64,000 bases of DNA. Source: Tetramitus jugosus (Eukaryota; Protista; Heterolobosea). The notes under the pieces were generated by a model, which saw nothing but the letters and a program-made list of their open reading frames with translations, had not been told where the DNA came from and did no database searches. A program made the translations under genes and the position numbers. Location of the stretch: positions 387,492-451,491 of the forward strand of contig OW569380.1 of the NCBI GenBank assembly GCA_937625935.1, read 5' to 3'. Numbering within the stretch: position 1 is the first letter of the stretch; every line of letters begins with the position of its first letter. This document shows positions 23,595 through 35,477 of this stretch, piece by piece.

Positions 23595-26485
23595 TTAATT
23601 GTATTCGTTTATTTGAGCAGAGGGCCGGTGGTACTGTCTTGCCTTACTGGGCGAAAACTTAGAGAGTAACTTTTTCAATTTGCGTCGCTTGTTGTCATCC
23701 AGAACGTCAGCCTCGCTCTGTGACTGCTGGCTCAAATCGTCCATCAGAGTATGGGTGTGCTTCAGTATGTTCTTTGTGGAGGCTACCCAGTTCAGCAACA
23801 TTCCTATCCTGTCGTTGACTGTCTGTTCTTCGGATATTTCTATTATTCGATTGTCTCCAGTACCTTGAGCGGAAGACGTGTCCAAGAAAGACAAAATGAG
23901 TCGATTGGCTGCTGGAGGTTTGTTAGTTCGCTTTTGTTCATCCTTGAAGGGACTGTAAGCTGTGTTGTTATGTGGAGTTTCTTCTGTTTGCACTGCTTTT
24001 GCCCCCAAGTTTGGAGTGACATTTCCTCGTTCGTTGTTCCTTTGATTTTTCATCTGAGCTACGATCCACTCAACATTTTGATTTACTTTTTGGAGTAATT
24101 CAGCATTGTGGAGCATTGCTTCTTGTCTCTTTGTTTCCTTCTTCATGTGCTCATTTTGATTAATTAGAAACTCAATCTGAGCTTTTTGTTCTTTGACTTG
24201 GTTCTTGAGTCTATTGGTAAGCATGGAGTCTTGACGTTGTTGTGAAAGATGAGATATTTCATGTTTCAGCTGATCATAGAGTTCACTCGAAGCGTTGGAA
24301 ACATTCGAGTAGTTCAAGCTGTACTCGGTCGTTTGTTCCAGTCGTGATTGTTGGGCTAGTGACAATGCCAGTTCTTGTTCTCGTTGTAATTTGATATTTA
24401 CACTTTTCAACTGCTCAATCTGACTTCGCAAGTCTTGTTCTTTCTGGGAAAAGATATCTTGGAGTTGTTGGATGTTTTGCTTATAGAGGGATCGCTCCGA
24501 ATGAAGTTTCTCATTAACGGAAGCTGTTTGACTTTCATACAATTGTTGAGACTCTTCCAACTTCTGTTTTAAGCTTAGAAAACCATCCCTTTCTGTTTCT
24601 AATGAAACCAGCCTTGATTGTAATTCTGTCATCTTTCTTTCAGAATTCTCAATCTGTCTTCTATGAGTAATCACTAATTCCACTGAATCATCTATTTGAA
24701 ACAACATTTGTTGAGGACAAGGGTCTACTGAATTGTTCTTCATTCTCGAAACAGTGTCGATTAACTTTTTCTTCCATTGATACTCAGTCTCTGATTCTTC
24801 GTTCAGTATTTCCTGATACTTTACAAGTTGCTGTTCGGCTTGGTGTATTCGATTCTGGAGGATTGATCTTTTAACCGCAAGGTCCTCTTCTTCATTCCTC
24901 GAAAGCGATTTCATTGTTGATAGTTGATGATTAAGTTCCGCTATTTGATTTGCTAGATTCTGTTTCAAACTCTCTTCATGCATTAACTCAGCACGACACT
25001 GCTCTAATCGATTTCTTAGGGATTCTTGATCTTTTTCCACAGATAATTTAGTAGATTCCAGCTGTATTTTTAGTTGTGTGGTTTGATTGATGACTAATCT
25101 CTTTGCAGCTTCTTCATTCATTAATTCTGTTTTACAACGATCTATCCGCGTTTTCAATTCTACCTCTTCTGTTACAAGCTTTTCAATATGCGTTTGGATG
25201 CTCATAAGATCAGCTTCTCGAGAGCTGCGTTCCTCTTCTTCAATCCTCCTATTCTCTAACATTTCTTGCAGATGCAACTCTAGGTCTTCCTTATCCTCAG
25301 TTAGTTTCTTGACTTCACCGATAACTTCTAACAATCTTTGTTGATGCTTTTCTCTTTCTTCTGCGTTCTGCTGATTTAATGCTTGAATTTCTCTCTCTGT
25401 AATGTCGTTGATGGCTTTCGGAACGATGAGTCTATCAATTTCAATCCGATACTCTTCTAATTTTTGTTCGTACTCAATCTTGTTTTTTTCAAGCAATCTA
25501 AGTTCGTTCTTTAGATCTTCTGTTCTTAACTTCACATCCGGTTGCTCGACACCAAAACCCATTTTCATATTTTCGAGTTCCAGTTTGGTGTTGTTCAGTT
25601 CCTCTAGCAATTGAAATCGGGCGGCAGCAGTCATATCAAGCTAAAGAACTGTTAATCTAAGGATAGTGTACGTAACATAAAACATGGGAAACATACCAGA
25701 TGACTCTTTGTGCCTAGTTCTTGCCTAGCTTGCTTGAGTTCAGCAACGATCGACTCGTTCTTTCTGATGGTTTGTTCCAATTGAGTTTTATGTGATTCTA
25801 ATTCCTCTTTCAATTTGGTGTTCGTACTCGAGAGGGAATCAATTTTATCATCTCTTTCTTGTAGTTCCCTCCCGATAGAAATGTTCATAAACTTTGCTGA
25901 TGCCGACTCCCTTCTCGTTTCATTAATTTCCAAATGATCCAACTCTTTCAAACTTGAAATCCAAAAGAGTGCATAGTTACTTGCTTGTTCATATTGGGTC
26001 ATCGGATTTCCCTCAATGCACAATTGTTTCAGGTTATTGTTACCCGATAATCTTTGCAAATCATTGACCACCGACAAACTATTGTAGGATATGTCCAAAC
26101 TCTCCAAATACTCCAATGATTCCCAAACATTCTTCTTTGGGAGTCTTTCTAAGCAATTATTTTTCAACGAAAGGGAAACAAGATTCTTTAGTTCCGATAA
26201 TCCACTTAGGGAGTTGATCTTGTTATTGTCCGCGACCAAGGATCGTAACTTGGAGAGTTTTGATAAACCACGAATGTCCATAAATTCATTATTAGACAAA
26301 TCCAAGCTTGTTAAGTTACAATAAATATCCAAGTTTTCAATCACTTGGAACTTCTCGTTTGTGAACTTTGTTGTCAAGTCGAGAACTGTAACATTCTTAG
26401 GATCTTCCTTCTCAGTGAGTTGTTGGAGGACCTCGACGGTCAAATACCTCTTTTTGGCTTGTGTTGATACCAGCAATGTGTTCAT
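23595..26485 (-). CDS. CNTRL: Centriolin-like LRR plus coiled-coil protein; exons 26485-25697 and 25640-23595
   Basis: N-terminal RYLTVEVLQQLT...VTVLDL...KFQVIENL followed by SDS22-type LRRs and LRR cap, resembling centriolin/CEP110, then a long coiled coil. A 56-nt phase-0 intron joins the two ORFs. Confidence 0.7.
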
Positions 26486-26552
26486 GAGAGCCTACCGTAG
26501 GTCCAATTGTGTTGTTCTTCCACTCGTAATTTCTGGAAGCGTTTACACCTCT

Positions 26553-26631
26553 AATTGGCGCTTGTTTTTGGCGCGAAGGAAGAAAAATATCTTTTCCGAC
26601 AGGTCGGGTGTCAAACAGCAAATTGGCGAAA
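26553..26631. promoter_or_regulatory. Cluster of E2F-like TTGGCG sites in the divergent centriolin/CRAL-TRIO promoter
   Basis: TTTGGCGCGAA at 26567-26577, plus AATTGGCGC (26553) and AAATTGGCGAAA (26620). Confidence 0.45.
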
Positions 26632-26689
26632 TAAGGTCCGCGCGAACCAGAAAGCCCATCAAAAAGAACTCAACCTCGGATATACTAAA

Positions 26690-27658
26690 ATGTCATCCAC
26701 AACAGCAACAGCAACAGCAGCCCATGACAATGACACATCCAAACCACCATTCTTGAACTGTGAGGGATGTCCTCTGTCTGAGGAAGAAGCAGCTGAAGAA
26801 GAAGTCTTTTCTTCACTCTCGTCATCGCAACAAGAAACGATGCGTTCTCTGTATGAACTACTACTGATGCCGTCGACATTGGAACCATCTTCCAACAATT
26901 CAAGAATCACATTGAGTGACACTAGGAGAATAGAGCTCACAGATGATGAGAAGCAATTTTTTCTGAGTCAGGAGTGTCTTTATCGCTATTGTGTTGCGAG
27001 AGGCTGGGATATTCAAAAAGCGTACACAATGCTCGTCGACAGCATTCTTTGGCGACGAGAATTGGAACCGGAGAAATTAACTGCGCGGGAAGTGAAAAAC
27101 TACGATCGAGATGGAAAGCTATACATGCTAAAGGGACGAGATTTGTTGAATCAGCCTGTGGTGTTTGTCAAGTTGCATCTGGATCGTATGGAGAATGTGA
27201 GCATTAGTGAAAAGTTGAAGATTGTGGTGTATCATGCTGAATTGGCACGAAAACTATCCAAATCTCAATCGTTGTGTCTCATTGTTGACTTTCAACAGGT
27301 TCCCATTCTGAAAATTGATCGAGCTTTGTGCTCGGAGATTATAAAGACCATGAGCAGTCAATATCCAGAACTACTTGGATTTGCAATGGTGGTCAATGCA
27401 CCTTCGCTGTTCTATATAATTTGGAAACTGGTGAGTTCACTGTTGGATGAGCGAACGAAAAGCAAAGTTTTTGTCGTCAATACTGATCGAGAAAAGATTT
27501 ATGAGACAATGAGAAAAATGATGCCTCATGAGAGTATTCCAGAAGAGTATGGCGGTTCGCTTGTTATGCCCGAATGGAACTGTGACGAGTATTTTGATTG
27601 GCTCGAAGAATTGGAGGACAAGCACCTTCCGGATAGGCGGAAGTATAGGCCTTGTTGA
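26690..27658 (+). CDS. CRAL-TRIO / Sec14-like lipid-binding protein
   Basis: RYCVARGWDIQKAYTMLVDSILWR, GRDLLNQPV, QYPELLG..VVNAP..F..IWKLV..LLDERTKSKV, IPEEYGG. Confidence 0.92.
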   Translation: MSSTTATATAAHDNDTSKPPFLNCEGCPLSEEEAAEEEVFSSLSSSQQETMRSLYELLLMPSTLEPSSNNSRITLSDTRRIELTDDEKQFFLSQECLYRYCVARGWDIQKAYTMLVDSILWRRELEPEKLTAREVKNYDRDGKLYMLKGRDLLNQPVVFVKLHLDRMENVSISEKLKIVVYHAELARKLSKSQSLCLIVDFQQVPILKIDRALCSEIIKTMSSQYPELLGFAMVVNAPSLFYIIWKLVSSLLDERTKSKVFVVNTDREKIYETMRKMMPHESIPEEYGGSLVMPEWNCDEYFDWLEELEDKHLPDRRKYRPC

Positions 27659-27758
27659 AGCTTCGTATCACCTGTCCACCCTTGTTTCAAACTGTAAATA
27701 GAAGTACCCTTGTGATATAAACAAAACCACAGTATTTAATGATCAAAAAAAAATTCAC

Positions 27759-28565
27759 TTATTGTTGTTGCGTGTGTGCTGTGGAAGCGAATACAAATCT
27801 GGTTGCCTCGTCTAACTTTCCCAAGCAATCGGCAATGGCTTTGTTATTACTGACACAAGCCTCGAACATCTCACCGTCGCTCATTTCTGCATTCTCGTAC
27901 TGATTCATACATTGCAGAACAGCAGTCGAACACAAATCTGCCGTTAAACATTTTGAATACTTTAATCGTTTGGCCACTTTCAATTTCTCATCTGTTTCGA
28001 GCCTGTATGATGAATAATCTGCATGACAGGCACCATTTGGTGATACACTGGCATTTGCCTTGTCATAAATCACCGGGAACGAGTCCTGACTCATCTTTAT
28101 ATCATTGTTTGACTTCATCGCAACATCTACATATCTCTCATTCCATCCGAATCTAGAATGACCCATGCTTCCCACCTTTTTCACATATTGATCCACTGTG
28201 TCACTCAACCTAGAAAGACAATTGAAAATGACTGCCGAACTCTTCGCACTGTCCATATCAACCGGTTGACCAGATTCCAAATTTTGAGCCAAATGATCAA
28301 ACGAAGAAAGTGTAACAGGTGTCTCTTTGGCACTGTCCATGAGACATTTTTGGAATTGAGGCTCTACAATGTTCAAATGACACGAGAGTAACAAACCATT
28401 CATGTATTGAACGTTGGGATGTTCAATGTCGAGAGATTGATTCTCGTGGAGAGACATGAGCATCTTGGCGAACGTGTCACACTTGGGTGAGACAAAGTGA
28501 GTCTGTATGTAGTGCAACGACTCATCATCCAAGTTCAACTCGTGCTGCTGTTGTTTGGCTTGCAT
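27759..28565 (-). CDS. Hypothetical helical Cys-rich protein (268 aa from MQAKQQQ)
   Basis: Long ORF with A-rich start context and spaced cysteines including a CX9C pair; no family recognised. Confidence 0.6.
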   Translation of the reverse strand: MQAKQQQHELNLDDESLHYIQTHFVSPKCDTFAKMLMSLHENQSLDIEHPNVQYMNGLLLSCHLNIVEPQFQKCLMDSAKETPVTLSSFDHLAQNLESGQPVDMDSAKSSAVIFNCLSRLSDTVDQYVKKVGSMGHSRFGWNERYVDVAMKSNNDIKMSQDSFPVIYDKANASVSPNGACHADYSSYRLETDEKLKVAKRLKYSKCLTADLCSTAVLQCMNQYENAEMSDGEMFEACVSNNKAIADCLGKLDEATRFVFASTAHTQQQ

Positions 28566-28986
28566 TTTTTTTGATCTTCTTGTCGATTCCAGCAAAACAA
28601 TGAACTGTTTATTAAAGTTTTCTCTTGAATTGGATTGAGAGTGAGAACAGTGTGAGATCTTATGACAACAGTCGTGTTGTTGTATCATCACACAACAAAG
28701 AAGCCAAACACCAGAAATAGTTGAAGAAGGAACTTTGGCACTCCAACGAAGTTAATTCGGAGAATTATCAATGTCAAATGCCAAAAGATTCATGTCTCCA
28801 AGAAGAATCAGCAGAACGGGTCACAAACAAATCCCACTTCCTCCGGTTCACTCAAACAACTCAACAACATCCAGCACTCGAAAACAAACACTCTCCGTAC
28901 TCGACACCTCAACACATTTTTGAAAAATCTTTCGGATAAGCAACAACTAGACTAACAACCACATAATCACATAATAACATAATAAC

Positions 28987-31900
28987 ATGAGTTACAAGAC
29001 AACACTGGAGAACTTGACAAGAGACACTCTAGTGCACATTGATCTACAGTACACCAAACAATCAAACACCTCCAAAAATCAAAAACTATCGAGTACAACG
29101 GGCATTGATCAAGACAATATCAAAAACAGATGGATCAATGGTTCGGTGCTTGAAGTGAGACAGAACACAGTACTCGTTCAGTTGGATCACAGTTCAAAGT
29201 TACGAGATGAGGACGAAGAAGCAGAAATGATGAACTCTAGTGAGTTTAGTAGTAGTGGAGCAATTGGGAGTAGTAGTATGATGATGGGTGGAACAGATGG
29301 TTCCTTTTCAGTGGAACCCGAAACGGTATGTTTTCTTTCTTTGTGTTCATTGGATATTTTCTTGGATGTCAAAAAAACAACGACACAGGCCTGTTGACAA
29401 CGCTCATTTACAAAAAATTCTCGCGACAAATGAAAAAAATTATCTCCATGTGATCACATCAAAAAAACATCTGTTGTCATGTGTGAAAATGAAACGATAA
29501 TGAAAATGATGAATACAGAATGAAACCGAGTTGGAATGTCCAGTTGAACAAGTGTTTCTCAAGAATCCAGATAGTATTCAAGCGGCCGATGATATCACTA
29601 CGCTGTCCTATTTGCATGAACCTGCTCTGCTGACAAACTTGTATTTGCGATACAAGAAGAAGGCCATTTACACCTTTTGTGGCAATATTTTGATTGCAAT
29701 CAATCCGTATCAGAGACTATCAAAGGACATGTACAGCAATGAAGCCATTGAAATCTATAAGGGTGTTGCTATGGGTAAGCTGAACCCTCATGTCTATGCA
29801 ATTGCTGAAGATTGCTATAGCTCCATGATGAGAGAGGGCAAGAATCAGTCCATTCTCGTCTCTGGTGAGAGTGGTGCGGGCAAGGTACGTACGAATAGCA
29901 ATCACGTGTTTTTTTTGAGTGTGAACAACTTGTTCACATGCAGTGCAATTGACTCTAACACCCAGACATACACAATGAACACAACAGACCGAGAATTGTA
30001 AGTTTATTTTGCAGTATTTTGCAGCCATGGGCAAGCAGAGCAAATCCGAAACGAAAAAGACTGCCATCGAAAATCAAGTGCTTCAATCTACGCCGTTGCT
30101 CGAAGCGTTCGGTAATGCAAAGACGTTGCGTAATGATAACTCGTCTCGTTTCGGTAAGTTTATCGAGATTCAGTTCAACTCGATTGGTGTCATATCTGGT
30201 GCCTTCTTGTACACATATCTATTGGAGAAGAGTCGAGTGACGAAGCAAACGGTCGGAGAGAGAAACTATCACATTTTTTATCAGTTGATTGACAGTTGTA
30301 CGGATGAAGAGAAGGAAGAGTTGCTTCAGGGAAAGCGCATTCACGACTTTACTTATTTAAATCAGAGTGAGACGTATTATATTGATGGAGTGTCGGATGC
30401 TGAGACATATGAGGCTACCAAACAAGCCATGTCCAGTGTAAACATTTACGATGCGGATCAGAGAGCGATTCGGCGAGTTCTTGCTGCCATTCTTCACATG
30501 GGTAATGTGTCATTTGCTGAGATTGATGCCGACAGTTGCTCAATCGTAGACTATGAGCCTCTGAACAAGGCATGTGAACTATTGAATTTGAATCCAACAT
30601 TGATCGCAAACACATTCCTCACGAGAAAAGTGGTTGCTGGTCGCGACTCATACACTACACCATTGAAGGTCGAACAAGCAGAGAGTTGCAGAGACGCACT
30701 TTCCATGTTGTTGTACTCTCGCATGTTCGATTGGATTGTGAAACGTATGAACGAATCAATTAACAATCCTTCACAAGCCAAGTATACGATTGGTGTGTTA
30801 GATATCTATGGATTTGAGTCGTTCGAAAACAATTCATTTGAACAATTCTGTATTAATTATGCGAATGAGAAGCTCCAACAACAATATAATCAACATATCT
30901 TCAAGCTATCTCAACAAGAATACGTTAGAGAAAAGATCAATTGGTCAATGCTTCAATTCAACGACAATCAGGCTTGCTTGGACTTGATTGAAAACTCGCC
31001 AATGTCTATCCTGAAAATTTTGGATGAAGAGTGCAGTTTCCCAAAGAGTAACGAACAAACATTTGCTGAAAAGTTGTACAAGAATCACACCAATAATCAA
31101 TACTTCTCAAAGCCTCGTTTCAGTAACACAGCATTTACAATCAATCACTATGCGGATGCTGTTACCTATGATACAACTCATTTCTTGAACAAGAATAAGG
31201 ATTATATTGTACCAGAACAACTTGAAGCGCTGAAATCATGTCCCGATGCGTTTGTGAAAGGTTTGTTCATGGAGCCACCGAAGCCTTCATCTGCTGCAGC
31301 ATCTAAATCTCAATCATCCTTTAAGTTCATATCTGTAGCATCGCAGTTCAAGGATTCTCTTGCTATGTTGATGGACAAGATTAGCAAAACGTACCCTCAT
31401 TATATCAGATGTATCAAGCCAAATTCTCAAAAGAAACCTGGCCTTTTCAATTTTGAATTGATCTTGTCTCAATTGAAATGTGGTGGTATTCTCGAGTCAA
31501 TCAGAATCTGTTTGGAGGGTTATCCAACGAAGAAGACATATAATGAATTCTTGGAAAGATACAGGATTGTTGCTCCAGATATCTCTGGCGTAGATATCAA
31601 AGAGTCTTGCGAGAAACTTCTCGATACGATGGCTATCGATAAGGATCAATACCAACTCGGTATATCAAAAATCTTTTTGAGATCTGGACAAATTGAGAAG
31701 ATGGAAATGAACAGATCTTCAAAGCTAAGCAACTCTGCAATCACAATTCAGAAGAATGTGCGTCGTATGATACAACGACGAAAATGGAAAGCAATCCGGT
31801 TTAGTTCAACTCGTATTGGTTCCTGTGCCCGCACTGCCATTGTCGAAGAAGAATACGAAGCCCTTAGACAGAACTTTGCCTCGAAGAACATTGGTCAAGT

Positions 31901-34900
31901 CACTCGCACCACATTGGAGCGAAGAATCGTTCTTGATCAATTTGACCAAATCGTGTGCCTTCAAAATACGATTGCCCGAAAACTCAATTCGAATGCCCTT
32001 CAACAAAAGAAGTTAACATTGAGGCTAGCCCTTTCCGTTCAATCAGCATTCAGAGGCTTGGTGAAGAGACATAACTATGAAGTTTCCTTGGCCGAAGCAA
32101 AGAGCATTGAGGCTATGAAAAAGCAAAAGGAAGAGCTTGAGGTCAAATTCCGAGAACTTGTTTCACAAAGAGAGAACGAAGCCACTCAGAAGACTCAACT
32201 CGAGGAGAAAGCTGTTGAGTTGGAGAAGGAAAAGGAACAACTCGAAAGCAAGATTATCGACACTACTCAGTCTTGGGAAAGAAAGTTCAGTGACCTTGAG
32301 AATATTCTGGTTGAGACAAAGCTCAAGTTGGAGTCTGTTGAACAAGACAACGCCTCACTTCAAGAAAAGCTTTCTACCTCAGAGAAGCACATTTCTGAAG
32401 AGAGTGTCCATGCCCAATCTTTAACAACCAAAATCGAGTCTCTTGAAGAAGAACTAAAGCAAAAAACGGAAGATTTGGAAAGAGAAACATCTGCTTTGTC
32501 AACCGAAATCGAGAGCCTCAAATCAAGTGTTGCTGAGGGTGAAAATACGGCAAACTCTTTGAATGAGTCACTCAATGCGTTGACGGTCGAACTCAATGAA
32601 CTAAAGAAAACACTGGAACTGACTGAAGAGCAGAAGCAAAAGGCTGATGAGAGTAATCAGGAACTAAGACAGACTATAGAGGAAAAGATTTCTGAAATTG
32701 TCCAATTGAACAAGAAGTGTGGCGATATTGAGGAAGATAATAACGATTTGCACAAAGAATTGGATCAGAAAGACAATAGAATTCGAGAATTGGAGCTACA
32801 AGTCGAGCAACTAACCAAAAAATGTGAAGAGTTGTCCAATCAACTTGAAGATCTGAGAAAGTCAATCTCTGAAAATACCTCCGCAAGTGATATTCAAGCT
32901 CAAGACTTCAACAAACAACTCGAATCTAAGCTAGCTCAGATCGAAGAACTTACTGCTGCATTGGATGAGAAAAAGAAGAAACTCAAGAAAGAACAAGAGA
33001 GAAGAACACAAGAAGAGAACGAGTTTGCAGTACAGTTCGAGAACATTACGCAACAGCACATGGAAGAACTAAGTGAACGTGCTGCCAAAGAAAAGGAGTT
33101 GAAGAAGGATATCAAAAAGAAGGAAGAACAGATTCAACAATACATCAACCAGCTAGAGCAAACAAAAACTGAACTATCCACCGAAAATAATCGCAGGATT
33201 GCTTTGGAGCAAGATAAGCAACTTCTCGAACAAGAGAAGCAGCGCTTGATCCAAGAGAAGCAAATCAGTGCCCTTGAGTTCGAAAATCAACTCGCCCAGG
33301 CAAATATCAAGTATAGTAGCTTACAATCCAACTATGATTCCATTGTATGTGATCTAGAAAGAGAGTCGAACGAAAAGAAACGTGTTGAAGAAGAGAAGTT
33401 CGCGTTAGTATCATCCATGAATTCCAGTAGCTCTGAATGGCTAACCAAATATGAATCTATTCACAACAATTATGTTTCCTTGCAATCTCACTTGGAAGAA
33501 GTCAAGAACGAGAAGGAAGCGCTGAGAGAATCTCTGGAGAAACAAACTGCAGCTCTTCTAATTGAAACAGAAGAAAAGTTGAAGGTCGAAGAGGCTGTCT
33601 CAATGTTAGAGAAAGAGAGAGAAGAATCTATTCAAGAGAGAGAAAAGAGAGAAGAAGAGTTCCGAAATCAACTATCTGAGAAGGAGTCAGAATACTCACA
33701 ACTTCAACAAACTTTGGACAAAGTACAATCACATCTTTTGGAAGAAAAAGAGCAAAAGAAGAACGAACAGGAAAAACTTGCGCGAGTGGAGCTCGCTCTT
33801 GCAAATGAACGTAAGAAGATGGAGGAGGACAGAGCTAAATTCTTGGAAGAAAACAACAAAGCTCTTCAAGAATATAAGAAGATGACGGAAGACTTGACAA
33901 AACAGAAACAACTTGTCACAAGTTTGAAAAAACAGCTCCAAGAAAAGGATCTGGAGAAGACTCGCGTCCTGAAACGCAATGAAGCTGCAATGGGATGGGA
34001 GATTGACAAGTGTTTGTCTGCCTTCCCTGGCAACAGACAAGAGAGAGCAGAAAGACTCATTGTGTTCTTGATGTACGAGATTGACAAAGAATTCTGCAAT
34101 GGTGTCATTCCAACTCCAGCATTCATCTTCTATCACATGATCAAATGTTGGCGTTCTGACCTCGAAGGATGCGAGAGAGTACTTCAACTCATTGAAAACT
34201 TGTTGAAAGCAACCATTACTAGTTGCGAGGCTTCCGCTCTTCCATATTGGTTCTCCAATATTTCATGCTTGTTGCAACTCTGTTCAACCGAAGATTTCCT
34301 TTCTAGCATCGAACAACTGGAGAACTTGGCAGAAACCAACTCAGAATACACTGTTCCAAGTATTCGTGCCAACATTAAGGGCACTTTGGACACTGGATCA
34401 TACATGACCTTTAGCGAGGAGTTGGATGCAATCATTGCCAATCATGATAACAGAGAGTTCTCAGACAACATCTTTGTCAAGTTCATTCAGCAATTGACGC
34501 ATTTATTCATGAATAGTTATGCTCAACTTGTGAATAACTGTTGTAATAGTATCATTGGTCTGTTGAAGTCCAATATTATTGACCAAACTCTATTCGATGA
34601 AAAGTCTCCTGAATCTCCAAAGATCATTGAAGCATCAGCTGTCGTTGTTGGACATGTGAAGGACTTCTTGCATACATTGCGATGCAATAACATTGCAGAA
34701 TCAATCATAGTGAAATCCATGAATCAGATATTCATGTTTATAGACATTACATTGTTCAATGAAATTCTATTCAGAAATGGTATCTGCTCCTCTGCAATTG
34801 GATCTCAGCTCAAGGTGCGCATTGATCACCTAGAAGCTGATATCTCATCAACAACAGGTGTGGAAGCAAAATTGAAACTCGTGCGACAAGCTATTCATGT

Positions 34901-35456
34901 ATTGATTTGTGACAAGAAATCGCTCTTGGTAGAACAAACGAGAATGAAGTTGACTCCTAACTTAAACTCTGCTCAAATATTGAAGATCTTGCGAGCATAC
35001 CAGAAGAGTGATTTTGAGAGCAACATTCCTAACGAGGTGTATTCATTCTTCTCTCATAACTCACCTGCTTTGGTTCCATTATTCCCAGAGTCCAGTACTC
35101 TCTTGGATGCCAAGGAAATTGTGCCATTTGGCTCGTTAGATGAGATTGAAAACAAAGAATTGGCACTTGAAATGCCGTATATGAGTTTCCCTATTCCAAT
35201 CAAAGAACAACTCAATAAGATGAGAGACGAACAGATCAAGAAGGAACAGGAACAACTTGCTCTGACTGCCGCTGCCATCAAGTTTTCACAAGCACTTCCC
35301 TCTTCTGGAGCCTATGTGATGGGCAGCACAACACCAAGAGGTACTAATCCACTCACAATACCAACACCAAGGGGCAACTCAACTTCTCCTTCGATAACTC
35401 CCACAGAGCAACCCAAAGAAGAAAAGCGGAGGCTCTCATTTTGGGGAAGAAAGTAA
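28987..35456 (+). CDS. Class V/XI-like myosin (SH3-like, motor, IQ, coiled coil, DIL); exons 28987-29325, 29519-29884, 29988-35456; about 2057 aa
   Basis: P-loop GESGAGK|TE completed across intron 2, EAFGNAKTLRNDNSSRFGK, LDIYGFE, IQ motifs, long coiled coil, DIL-like C-terminus (QIFMFIDITLFNEIL...LNSAQILKIL). Confidence 0.93.
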
Positions 35457-35477
35457 TAAATGTGAAAACTGATGACT

